Shown here: piece by piece, positions 19,488 to 26,771 of the stretch
Numbering within the stretch: position 1 is the stretch's first letter
How the letters are laid out: every line of letters starts with the position of its first letter
NCBI GenBank assembly: GCA_001775445.1
Contig: MEWV01000002.1
Span: 1-35,319 of the forward strand
DNA: 35,319 nucleotides
Direction: 5' to 3'
DNA from: Candidatus Adlerbacteria bacterium RIFCSPHIGHO2_02_FULL_54_18
GTDB taxonomy: Bacteria > Patescibacteriota > Minisyncoccia > Phycocordibacterales > SBAW01
The notes under the pieces: generated by a model
Told to the model about the DNA's origin: nothing
Database searches by the model: none
The model's input: only the letters and a program-made list of their open reading frames with translations
Position numbers and translations under genes: made by a program

Positions 19488-19976
19488 ATGACCGCTCAGG
19501 TCAAGAAGCTCCTGCAGTTCGTGACGACGACCAGCGTCGCCGCGATCGAGAGCTTCACGGCCGCCGACAACTTCAAGGTCGACACCAAGAAGGCGGCTAC
19601 GCGGATCTACTATCTCGGCGACAGCTTCAAGAAGCACTTCGGCCGCAAGGAAGAAGGCGCTTCGGAAGCCACTAAGATCAAGGTCCACAAGCTGCTCGAA
19701 GGGTCGCTCGACGCCCCGATCATCACGGAACTCGCCGACAAGTGCGAGATCACGCTGGGTCAGTTCTTCGCTCTGCTCTCGAAGCAAGGGAAGGGCGAGT
19801 CCGGGCCATTGCTCACCAACGGCTGGGCGAACATCGCCTACATCCGCGACGACGAGGGCAACCTCTGGGCGGTCTACGCCCACTGGAGCGCCGGCCGCAG
19901 CGGCTGGAACGTCGAGGCCAGCTCGGTCGAGTACCCGAGCGGGTGGGACGACGGCTACCAGGTCATGTCTCGCTGA
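19488..19976 (+). CDS. DGR variable (target) protein, 162 aa, C-terminal variable region
   Basis: Strong SD (AAGGAG) and GC-rich codons. The last 37 codons (LWAVYAHWSAGRSGWNVEASSVEYPSGWDDGYQVMSR) match the TR except mostly at TR adenines, and the stop codon follows the VR immediately. I see no obvious signal peptide or TM helix. Confidence 0.88.
   Translation: MTAQVKKLLQFVTTTSVAAIESFTAADNFKVDTKKAATRIYYLGDSFKKHFGRKEEGASEATKIKVHKLLEGSLDAPIITELADKCEITLGQFFALLSKQGKGESGPLLTNGWANIAYIRDDEGNLWAVYAHWSAGRSGWNVEASSVEYPSGWDDGYQVMSR
19863..19973 (+). repeat. DGR variable repeat (VR)
   Basis: 111 bp that align without gaps to 20319..20429 (offset 456). There are 97 identities and 14 mismatches, and 12 of the 14 lie at positions where the TR has A. 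Confidence 0.9.
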
Positions 19977-19986
19977 TTCTTTCGAC

Positions 19987-20018
19987 CTTAGGTACTTAGC
20001 TTCGGCTTTGAACCTAAG
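19987..20018 (+). promoter_or_regulatory. hairpin 14 nt downstream of VR (candidate DGR target-recognition hairpin)
   Basis: cttaggt (19987-19993) pairs with acctaag (20012-20018). The 18-nt loop contains agc-ttcg-gct. In characterised DGRs a hairpin or cruciform just 3' of the VR supports homing. Confidence 0.45.
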
Positions 20019-20025
20019 ACCCTTT

Positions 20026-20080
20026 GACCCTCTGTAACTTTGCACCTTTGGTGCAGGGGAGTAGAGGGTCTTTTTATTTT
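20026..20080 (+). terminator. rho-independent terminator after the DGR target gene
   Basis: Outer stem gaccctct (20026-20033) / agagggtc (20063-20070). Inner stem tgcacc (20041-20046) / ggtgca (20050-20055). It is followed by tttttatttt (20071-20080). Confidence 0.75.
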
Positions 20081-20318
20081 TGATATAGTAAAGAAGAGGA
20101 ACGCTCTGGCGTGGCGTTGTAAAAGATTCCGCGCAGCGCCTCGGGCTATCCGTACGGCCGGAATTCTGTCGGAGAAATCTTACGGGAGCGCGCATGCGGA
20201 AGTTCAAAAAAGATAAAGAATCGGTGCGCGGCGCTCTGGGACTTATAGGTCCTGTATACGATACAGCCCGGAGAGTATTCGATGGGTAGTGGAACGGATG
20301 GCGCGGCGCACGATACGA

Positions 20319-20429
20319 CTCTGGGCGGTCAACGCCAACTGGAACGCCGACAATGGCGGCTGGAACGTCGAGGCCAACTCGGTCGAGAACCCGAACAGGT
20401 GGAACGACGGCAACCAGGTCATGTCTCGC
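20319..20429 (+). repeat. DGR template repeat (TR)
   Basis: A-rich at codon-equivalent positions: 9 AAC plus 1 AAT out of 37 triplets, and 27 adenines in total. Twelve of these adenines are substituted in the VR. The reading through it (ORF 20289..20486) is not a plausible protein. Confidence 0.9.
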
Positions 20430-20456
20430 CACTCTTTTCTTTCTCCGCCCCCTGAT

Positions 20457-20810
20457 TTATTTTTCTCGGGACGGAGTTTTCGATAGCAGGCCTTTGCGCC
20501 AACCGCCGACCATTTTCCCCACGCTCTCAACGTCTGTCGCAAGCAAAATATAATGTTTTTGTTCGAGTAAGGTACATTCCCACGCTAGTTGGAGAAAGAA
20601 CCGCAGTAAGTCCGTATTTTGTAAAACTTTTCCTAGCAAGGCTATTTTTCCGTTTCCTGACGCATAGGATGCTTCCCGCAACTGTTCGAGAGCATTCAAA
20701 AAAGTGTCGTCAATCCGCTTGCCTATGCCAAACCGCTCATCGCGTGCCATGTTGCGGCGGATGGGTAGCCATAAGGTGTAAACTTTCTTCGTATGCTCAA
20801 TAACCGGCAA
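20457..20810 (-). CDS. avd: Avd-like accessory variability determinant (four-helix-bundle / 23S rRNA IVS protein family)
   Basis: 117 aa with a TTG start. The N-terminus PVIEHTKKVYTLWL and the segment LLRFFLQLAW...VESVGKMVGGWRKGL parallel, from memory, Bordetella phage bAvd (EPIEEATKCYDQML ... MLRFWLRFLAG ... AEVGRILGSWI). It lies between the TR and the RT but on the opposite strand. Confidence 0.8.
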   Translation of the reverse strand: MPVIEHTKKVYTLWLPIRRNMARDERFGIGKRIDDTFLNALEQLREASYASGNGKIALLGKVLQNTDLLRFFLQLAWECTLLEQKHYILLATDVESVGKMVGGWRKGLLSKTPSREK

Positions 20811-20821
20811 AAAATCCCTGC

Positions 20822-20829
20822 GGGGGGGG
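20822..20829 (+). repeat. G8 homopolymer in the avd-RT divergent spacer
   Basis: cGGGGGGGGt at 20821-20830, lying inside the open upstream extension of the RT reading frame. Confidence 0.95.
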
Positions 20830-20884
20830 TCGTCAAAGAAAGATTTTCGCTCATACGTATGACGATATCATTTCTGTCGAGAAT

Positions 20885-21880
20885 TTGCTCGAAGCGTGGA
20901 AGGAGTTTTTGAGGGGAAAAAAGAAGAAGCAAGATGTGCAGGAATTTCAGGCGGACCTAATACATAACATCTTGTTGCTCCACCGCGACCTAGTAGGTCT
21001 GACCTACTGCCACGATGGCTACCATCACTTCAAAATCTCCGACCCCAAGCCCCGCGATATTCACAAAGCGAGTGTCCGCGACCGCCTGCTCCACCACGCG
21101 CTCTACCAGCAACTTTATCCGTTTTTTGACCGAACGTTTGTTGCTGACTCATATTCTTGCCGAATAGGGAAGGGCACGCATAAAGCTATGAATCAATTCC
21201 GGCACTTTGCCTATCAAGTTTCCAAAAATCACACCCGTACAGCGTGGGTACTCAAATGCGACATCCGCAAGTTTTTTGCCTCAATAGACCATCAAATTCT
21301 CTTTGCGATATTGGAACGTTCCATACCAGAACAAAATATTTTCAATCTTTTGCGCGAGGTGGTCAGTAGCTTCTGTTCCTGTTGTAGGATAAAAAACAAC
21401 ATATACCACTACTCTCCGGTCGGAGAATACAAGTGTATGCGTAAAGGTTTGCCATTAGGAAACCTCACGAGCCAGCTTTTAGTAAATGTCTACATGAACG
21501 AGTTCGACCAGTACGTTAAGCATAAACTTAAGGTCGAGTACTACGCCCGGTACGCGGACGACTTTGTGTTGTTGTCGCACAACAAGCAAGAGCTGGAACA
21601 AGCACTCCGAAAATCGCTAGTATTTCTACAAGGTAGATTAAAACTAGAGCTACATCCCGACAAGGTGTTCATCAAGACATTTGCCTCCGGTGTGGATTTC
21701 CTCGGCTGGGTGCACTTTGCCGACCATCGCGTGCTACGCACCAGCTCCAAACAGAGGATGTTGCGACGTACCCATGGGTTGGAAGAAGAGAGCTCCATAG
21801 TCCAATCGTATCTGGGTTTACTTTCACACGGGAACGCAGAGAAGCTGCATCAAAAAGTTAGGAGTGATTACAAACTCTAA
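20885..21880 (+). CDS. DGR-type reverse transcriptase
   Basis: SYSCRIGKGTHKA, KCDIRKFFASIDH, LPLGNLTSQLLVNVYMNEFD (the I/LGxxxSQ motif diagnostic for DGR RTs), YARYADDFVLL and GVDFLGW. TTG start as in the ORF track. RT-like residues (YDDIISVEN) continue upstream of it in frame without a canonical start codon. Confidence 0.9.
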   Translation: MLEAWKEFLRGKKKKQDVQEFQADLIHNILLLHRDLVGLTYCHDGYHHFKISDPKPRDIHKASVRDRLLHHALYQQLYPFFDRTFVADSYSCRIGKGTHKAMNQFRHFAYQVSKNHTRTAWVLKCDIRKFFASIDHQILFAILERSIPEQNIFNLLREVVSSFCSCCRIKNNIYHYSPVGEYKCMRKGLPLGNLTSQLLVNVYMNEFDQYVKHKLKVEYYARYADDFVLLSHNKQELEQALRKSLVFLQGRLKLELHPDKVFIKTFASGVDFLGWVHFADHRVLRTSSKQRMLRRTHGLEEESSIVQSYLGLLSHGNAEKLHQKVRSDYKL

Positions 21881-21885
21881 CCAGT

Positions 21886-22977
21886 TTATTCCTCCTCCGG
21901 AGCGTCTTCTTTATCTGCCGCCGCGGCTTTGCCGGTGCCGCTCTGCGATAGGGTTTTGCGTATTTCTTTCAGAAGCTCGGCGGCTATTTTTTTGTTTTCG
22001 CGCAAGAAAGTGCGGGAGGCATCGTAGCCGCGTCCCAGCTTTTCTTCACCGAAGCCGTATGAGGTGCCGCTCTTTGTGACGATACCGAGCTTCTCGCCGA
22101 GCGCAAGGAGCTCGCCCTCGGTCGAGATGCCCTCGTTGTACATAAGGTCGAACTCCGTGGTACGGAAGGGTGCCGCCACTTTGTTTTTGACCACCTTGAC
22201 CCGGTGCCGGCCTCCCACCACCTCCTCGCCTTTTTTAATCTGCGCAATGCGGCGGATATCGAGCCGCACAGAAGTGTAAAATTTGAGCGCCTTGCCACCG
22301 GTTGTTGTCTCGGGGTTGCCAAACATCACGCCGATTTGCATCCGGATTTGGTTGATGAAGATGACGATGGTTTTTGATTTAGAAACTATTGCCGTGAGTT
22401 TGCGCAAAGCTTGTGACATAAGCCGGGCATGCTTGCCGACCTGGTAGGAGCCCATGTCTCCCTCAATTTCGTCTTTTGGAGTGAGTGCGGCCACCGAGTC
22501 AATGACGATAATGTCCACCTTGCCCGAGCGCACGAGGCCTTCCACAATCTCAAGCGCCTGCTCGCCAGTGTCGGGTTGCGAGACGAGAAGCTGGTCGATT
22601 TTGACGCCGATTTTTTTTGCGTACTCCGGGTCAAGCGCATGCTCGGCGTCTATAAATGCGCACACGCCGCCCTTTTTTTGTGCTTCAGCGATGGCGTGGA
22701 GTGTGAGCGTCGTCTTGCCGGAGGACTCGGGGCCATAAATCTCCAAGATGCGCCCGCGCGGGTAGCCACCGATGCCGAGCGCCCAATCAAGCCCGATAGA
22801 GCCGGAGGGCACGACGTCAACGTCAACCCGCGGTGCGGCGCCCAGCATCATGATGGCCTCGTCGCCGAATTTTGTTTTAATGGCGCGGATTGCCGCATCT
22901 ATTGCAGCGTTGTCCTTGCTTTCGCGCGATGCAACCGTCTTTGCCGGAACCTCCTTCTTTTCTTTTTTAAACGCCAT
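21886..22977 (-). CDS. recA: recombinase RecA
   Basis: [17 protein letters not shown] (Walker A), [12 protein letters not shown], the L2 region [22 protein letters not shown], a ~25-aa basic N-terminal extension and an acidic tail. Confidence 0.96.
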   Translation of the reverse strand: MAFKKEKKEVPAKTVASRESKDNAAIDAAIRAIKTKFGDEAIMMLGAAPRVDVDVVPSGSIGLDWALGIGGYPRGRILEIYGPESSGKTTLTLHAIAEAQKKGGVCAFIDAEHALDPEYAKKIGVKIDQLLVSQPDTGEQALEIVEGLVRSGKVDIIVIDSVAALTPKDEIEGDMGSYQVGKHARLMSQALRKLTAIVSKSKTIVIFINQIRMQIGVMFGNPETTTGGKALKFYTSVRLDIRRIAQIKKGEEVVGGRHRVKVVKNKVAAPFRTTEFDLMYNEGISTEGELLALGEKLGIVTKSGTSYGFGEEKLGRGYDASRTFLRENKKIAAELLKEIRKTLSQSGTGKAAAADKEDAPEEE

Positions 22978-23317
22978 AGTTTTCGATGCAGTAGGTTACT
23001 ACGTTAAAAGTAATAGACTTGCTCGCGCGGCGGCCAAACCGGTCCACGGCCGCCACGGTGACCACAGTATACCCTGCAGGCGGGGAGAAGCGGTACACAA
23101 ATTTACCCCGTTCGTCGGTATAAGACGGGGCATCATTTATAGTCAAAAAAGAAATATTTTGAGCCGTCCCCACCACGGTGACCGCTACGGTTGAGGTCGC
23201 CGAGCCATCGAGGGGGGACTCAAAAGTGATATCCGGCCCCTCCAAGAGCTTACGCGCCTCGAATAAGCCGTACAAGACGATAGTCGCCGCCGCGAGCAGA
23301 AAAAAAACTTTCTTCAT
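22967..23317 (-). CDS. small secreted/anchored Ig-like protein
   Basis: 116 aa with the signal/anchor [19 protein letters not shown], then a beta-rich region ([11 protein letters not shown]...[11 protein letters not shown]). It overlaps the recA start by 11 nt. Confidence 0.6.
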   Translation of the reverse strand: MKKVFFLLAAATIVLYGLFEARKLLEGPDITFESPLDGSATSTVAVTVVGTAQNISFLTINDAPSYTDERGKFVYRFSPPAGYTVVTVAAVDRFGRRASKSITFNVVTYCIENYGV

Positions 23318-23348
23318 ATACGGCAGAGTGTACCAAATAAATCTCGGG

Positions 23349-23357
23349 TGTGGATAA
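23349..23357 (-). promoter_or_regulatory. perfect DnaA-box 9-mer (TTATCCACA on minus strand)
   Basis: tgtggataa at 23349-23357, in the 44-nt gap upstream of the small-protein/recA operon. It is a single box. Confidence 0.3.
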
Positions 23358-23361
23358 CTTT

Positions 23362-25572
23362 TTAGAGCGTTTCTTCGTTTTGACGGGCGGGGGAGCTTGT
23401 CGGCTTTTCCAAAATGTCGCGCGGTTTTGCTCCGTCGCCGGGGCCGATGACGCCGCGCTCCTCCAAAATATCGACCAGACGAGCCGCCCGCGCGTAGCCC
23501 ACCCGCAGCTTGCGCTGCAAATAGCTCGTGGAGGCCTTCCCTGCCTCCAGCACTGCCGCCCGCGCGGCTTCGTACAGGTCGTCGTCTATATCGTCTTCGT
23601 CACCAAATCTGCTGCCACTGTCGGCCGAGCTCCCAAGCCCCACGCCGTCCTCCCCTCTTTGCGGAGGCGTAATTTCAATCGGTAGTTCCGGCTCGTTGTG
23701 TTTGGCTATAAAGTCGACCACTTGCTTGACCTCCCCCTCGCTTATAAAAGCGCTCTGCAGACGCACGGGTTTGTTCATATCGGCAGACAGGTAGAGCATG
23801 TCGCCGGCACCCAGCAGGGTCTCGGCGCCGCCCTGGTCGAGGATAGTGCGGCTGTCTATTTGGCTCGCCACCTGCAAGGCAATGCGCGCAGGGATGTTGG
23901 CCTTGATGAGCCCGGTGATGACGTTTACCGAGGGGCGCTGGGTCGAGAGTATAAGGTGGATGCCGACCGCGCGCGACATCTGTGCCAGTCGCACCACCGC
24001 GGCCTCGAGCTCTCTCGGGTAGCTCGACATAATATCGGCGAGTTCGTCGATGACTATCACTATGTAAGGCATTGCTTCCGGCACCGGCTCGCCCGCCTCA
24101 GGCACGCCTTTCTTTTTTATCCGCTCGAGCGCGGGTGCGAGCACGTTTTGGTGATACGACTCGACATCGCGGACCCGGGTGCCCTCAAGCAGGTTGTAGC
24201 GGCGCTCCATTTCTTTGCCGGCCCAGCGCAGAGCCGCGATGGCCTTCTTTGCGTCGGTAATCACGGGGGTCAAGAGATGCGGCAGCGAGCGGTAGAGCGT
24301 AAGCTCGACACGCTTTGGGTCGATAAAAATAAACCGCAGTTGCGACGGTCCGCAGCGGTATATAAGAGAGTTGATGATAGTGTGTATCGCGACCGACTTG
24401 CCCGAGCCGGTGGCTCCCGCAATGAGCGCGTGCGGCATTTTGGCGATATTGGCAAACAGCGCTCCTCCTGCGATGTTGCGCCCGAGGCCGACAAGCAAGG
24501 GTTTGTGCGAGTCGGCAAAATCTGGCGTGTCGAGCATTGCGCCGAGACCCACGGTCACTTTGGTGGAGTTAGGCACCTCGATGCCGACCAGCGACTTGCC
24601 CGGGATAGGTGCCTCTATGCGGACGGAGGAGGCCGAGAGAGCGAGTTCAAGATTTTTTTGCAGGGTCAAAATTTTCTGCAGGCGCACTCCTTCGGCTGGT
24701 TTGACCGCATAGCGCGTTACGGAGGGTCCTATCGAAATTTCATCCAACTCCACCGTAATGCCAAAGTTTTGCAGTGTCCGCTTAATGATGTTGGCGTTTC
24801 CTTTTATGTCGCCCACCCCAGGCCGCCCGCGGTCGCGCTCGAGGAGCGAGAGCGGCGGTGGAGTATAAGTGCCAAGCAGCGACTTGAGCGTTTGCATCGG
24901 CATACCGGAGCTCTTCGATGCTGCGGGAGCCCGTGCAGATTCCTTCCCTTTGGAGTCATCGAAGGGCTCCGCTGCCGCGACCGTTTCCGTTTCTTCGGCA
25001 TCGAGTGCAAAACCGCCGATTTTTGGCCCCGTTTCGACAGGAACTCCGCGCATCCTCGCAAGGAGTGTGTGTATACCGCGCTTTAGCGCGTAGAGCGGCT
25101 CAAGCGATATACGACCCTCAAGCAAGAGCAAGAGCGAAATGAGAGAGAGGCCGCCGAGTACGATGAGCGCCGCGTACACATCGAGATACTTGACCGCGGG
25201 GTTGGCGATAACTCCCCCCAGGAGTCCCCCTCGTCCCGAGGCCACTTGTATAAATCCGAGTCCTGAAACAAAAAAAAGCCCACTCGCAATAAGTTTTATA
25301 GGGGTAAATCCGCTCTGCTCGGCGCGCAGGGCGTTGCCGGCGAGTACAAACAACAGGAGAGGTAAGAGGAAGTATCCCATACCAAGGAGCGCTACAAAAA
25401 GACGGTAGGTGTCCGACCCAGCTATCCCTGCCGCATCGAAAGCCGCCAATACTAAAAAGAGCCCCGCCACAATAAACAGTACGACGATTATTGCGCGCCA
25501 TGTATCTCGTGGTACGGCGCCCGACAGGTGCCCCCCTTCTTTCTTGTTGTTCTTGTGTGCCACGTATGTCAT
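23362..25572 (-). CDS. ftsK: DNA translocase FtsK/SpoIIIE
   Basis: N-terminal TM helices and a linker, then a motor domain with Walker A (AGATGSGKSV), VIVIDELADIM and a C-terminal gamma winged helix (STSYLQRKLRVGYARAARLVDILEERGVIG). Confidence 0.95.
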   Translation of the reverse strand: MTYVAHKNNKKEGGHLSGAVPRDTWRAIIVVLFIVAGLFLVLAAFDAAGIAGSDTYRLFVALLGMGYFLLPLLLFVLAGNALRAEQSGFTPIKLIASGLFFVSGLGFIQVASGRGGLLGGVIANPAVKYLDVYAALIVLGGLSLISLLLLLEGRISLEPLYALKRGIHTLLARMRGVPVETGPKIGGFALDAEETETVAAAEPFDDSKGKESARAPAASKSSGMPMQTLKSLLGTYTPPPLSLLERDRGRPGVGDIKGNANIIKRTLQNFGITVELDEISIGPSVTRYAVKPAEGVRLQKILTLQKNLELALSASSVRIEAPIPGKSLVGIEVPNSTKVTVGLGAMLDTPDFADSHKPLLVGLGRNIAGGALFANIAKMPHALIAGATGSGKSVAIHTIINSLIYRCGPSQLRFIFIDPKRVELTLYRSLPHLLTPVITDAKKAIAALRWAGKEMERRYNLLEGTRVRDVESYHQNVLAPALERIKKKGVPEAGEPVPEAMPYIVIVIDELADIMSSYPRELEAAVVRLAQMSRAVGIHLILSTQRPSVNVITGLIKANIPARIALQVASQIDSRTILDQGGAETLLGAGDMLYLSADMNKPVRLQSAFISEGEVKQVVDFIAKHNEPELPIEITPPQRGEDGVGLGSSADSGSRFGDEDDIDDDLYEAARAAVLEAGKASTSYLQRKLRVGYARAARLVDILEERGVIGPGDGAKPRDILEKPTSSPARQNEETL

Positions 25573-25716
25573 TTTATCACGCTAATCGCACTGTGTGCGG
25601 CTCGCGGGCGAGGTGCTTGCAAATTTTCAGAGTGAGGTATACTCAAAGACACAAAGTGTCCGATACATTTCCTTTACAAATAAGAGACAATCAAAGACAT
25701 TTTAAAAGACATACCT

Positions 25717-26406
25717 ATGCCGGACAACAGCAAAAAATTCCATGAATTCGCTTTAGAATCCATCCTTTTTAAAGGACGCATTGATTGGTATTTTTGCTAT
25801 CTTAAGGCAGAAAAGTTGGCCCGTGCGCTCTCATTTTTGGGGCGGGGAGTAGCAGGCGAAGATCAGAATGACATTGACGATGTAGCCCGCAGAGCAGGGC
25901 TTCTGCCGGGGAGCATAGCGCATTTGGCTGGCGGCGAGGTAGATGCACCGCTCGTGTTGGCCGATGTGTTTGGACTCCTTAGCGCGGTGCGCTTGCTTGG
26001 TGCACGTGGATGCTTAAATGAGCAAAATACTCAGGTATTAGTGCATGAATATGAAACTGTGGCGGAGCGTCTGGTGCGGGGTAGTAATCCCTCCCCTTTT
26101 GTTTCTGCCGAGGACTTTTCCGTACCACAACTGGAGAGTACGGCGATGTTTCTACCGAGACCCCCCCACGCGCAGGAGGAGAGTAGAGACAATAAGACAA
26201 AAGGACAAAGTAAAGGACAGTCCGAAAGAATGTCCTTGATACTTGAACTTGTCCGTAAGAAAAAACAACTCTCCATTAAGGAAATAGCCCTTGTTATAAG
26301 GGATTGTAGCGAAAAGACCATACAAAGAGAGCTTGCTGCCCTGATCAACCAAGGACTTGTCCGCAAGGTAGGAGAGCGCCGCTGGAGCGTGTATATGCCC
26401 GTCTGA
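25717..26406 (+). CDS. hypothetical protein with C-terminal DeoR-like winged-helix HTH
   Basis: 229 aa. The C-terminus LILELVRKKKQLSIKEIALVIRDCSEKTIQRELAALINQGLVRKVGERRWSVY looks like a wHTH. I do not recognise the N-terminal domain. Confidence 0.65.
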   Translation: MPDNSKKFHEFALESILFKGRIDWYFCYLKAEKLARALSFLGRGVAGEDQNDIDDVARRAGLLPGSIAHLAGGEVDAPLVLADVFGLLSAVRLLGARGCLNEQNTQVLVHEYETVAERLVRGSNPSPFVSAEDFSVPQLESTAMFLPRPPHAQEESRDNKTKGQSKGQSERMSLILELVRKKKQLSIKEIALVIRDCSEKTIQRELAALINQGLVRKVGERRWSVYMPV

Positions 26407-26437
26407 AGTGCATAGATTGTTATCCCCTTGTGGGCTA

Positions 26438-26466
26438 TTGCCTATTACCCTCCCTTTGTATATATT
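26438..26466 (+). promoter_or_regulatory. candidate promoter giving a ~300-nt leader for the large surface-protein gene
   Basis: TTGCCT (26438-26443), an exact 17-nt spacer, then TATATT (26461-26466). Confidence 0.35.
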
Positions 26467-26771
26467 TAACTCACCCTTAGTACAAGGTAGCAACCCGCCC
26501 AGCGCGGGCGATTTGCGTTGTCCACAGGGAATTTTTGCGGGTTGTGCGGTACCTCTCATATAATAGGTGCTGGCGACCACTCGGCATGCTCGTTGACAAC
26601 TGCATACTTCCGCACTCCTTATCCCTCTACGAAATAGACGGCTGTAACTCCCATTCTTCCCTGTGCTACCAACGCCCGTTTTGGGCAGGTAGATAATTGT
26701 GCATGTGCTTTTACTCATCGATTACAAGTAAGTTTATTAGTTCTCCAGATTAATTAGAAAGTATTATCGGT

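Larger units (their letters stand above)
19488..21880 (+). mobile_element. diversity-generating retroelement cassette (target/VR - TR - avd - RT)
   Basis: See the component features. The evidence is the VR/TR repeat pair with adenine-specific mismatches, an Avd-like gene and a DGR-type RT. Confidence 0.9.

Noticed and set aside
19401-20432. 343-aa minus-strand ORF spanning the DGR target gene, terminator and TR
   Set aside because: It is antisense to the SD-preceded target gene and crosses a terminator and non-coding DNA. Its internal repeat ARHDLVAVVPP... is simply the reverse translation of VR and TR.
20289-20486. 65-aa plus-strand ORF reading through TR (..WAVNANWNADNGGWNVEANSVENPNRWNDGNQVMSRH..)
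   Set aside because: It is the template repeat itself. It has no SD or promoter context and is Asn-rich because of the AAY triplets. In DGRs the TR is normally non-coding template.
20885-21880. RT as a group II intron maturase or retron RT
   Set aside because: It has the LGNLTSQ motif instead of the QGxxxSP type. There is no maturase X or endonuclease domain, no intron RNA domain V/VI-like structure flanking it, and no msr/msd-like inverted repeats. A cognate TR/VR pair and Avd are present.
23698-25086. 462-aa plus-strand ORF
   Set aside because: It is antisense to ftsK, whose Walker A/B and gamma domain are clear. The composition is Arg/Gly/His-rich and non-protein-like.
26152-26718. 188-aa minus-strand ORF covering the long intergenic region
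   Set aside because: It overlaps the 3' end of the wHTH gene, is Cys/Arg/Gly-rich, matches no family I recognise and has no start context. I treat the region as non-coding, and it is reported separately as a possible leader or ncRNA.
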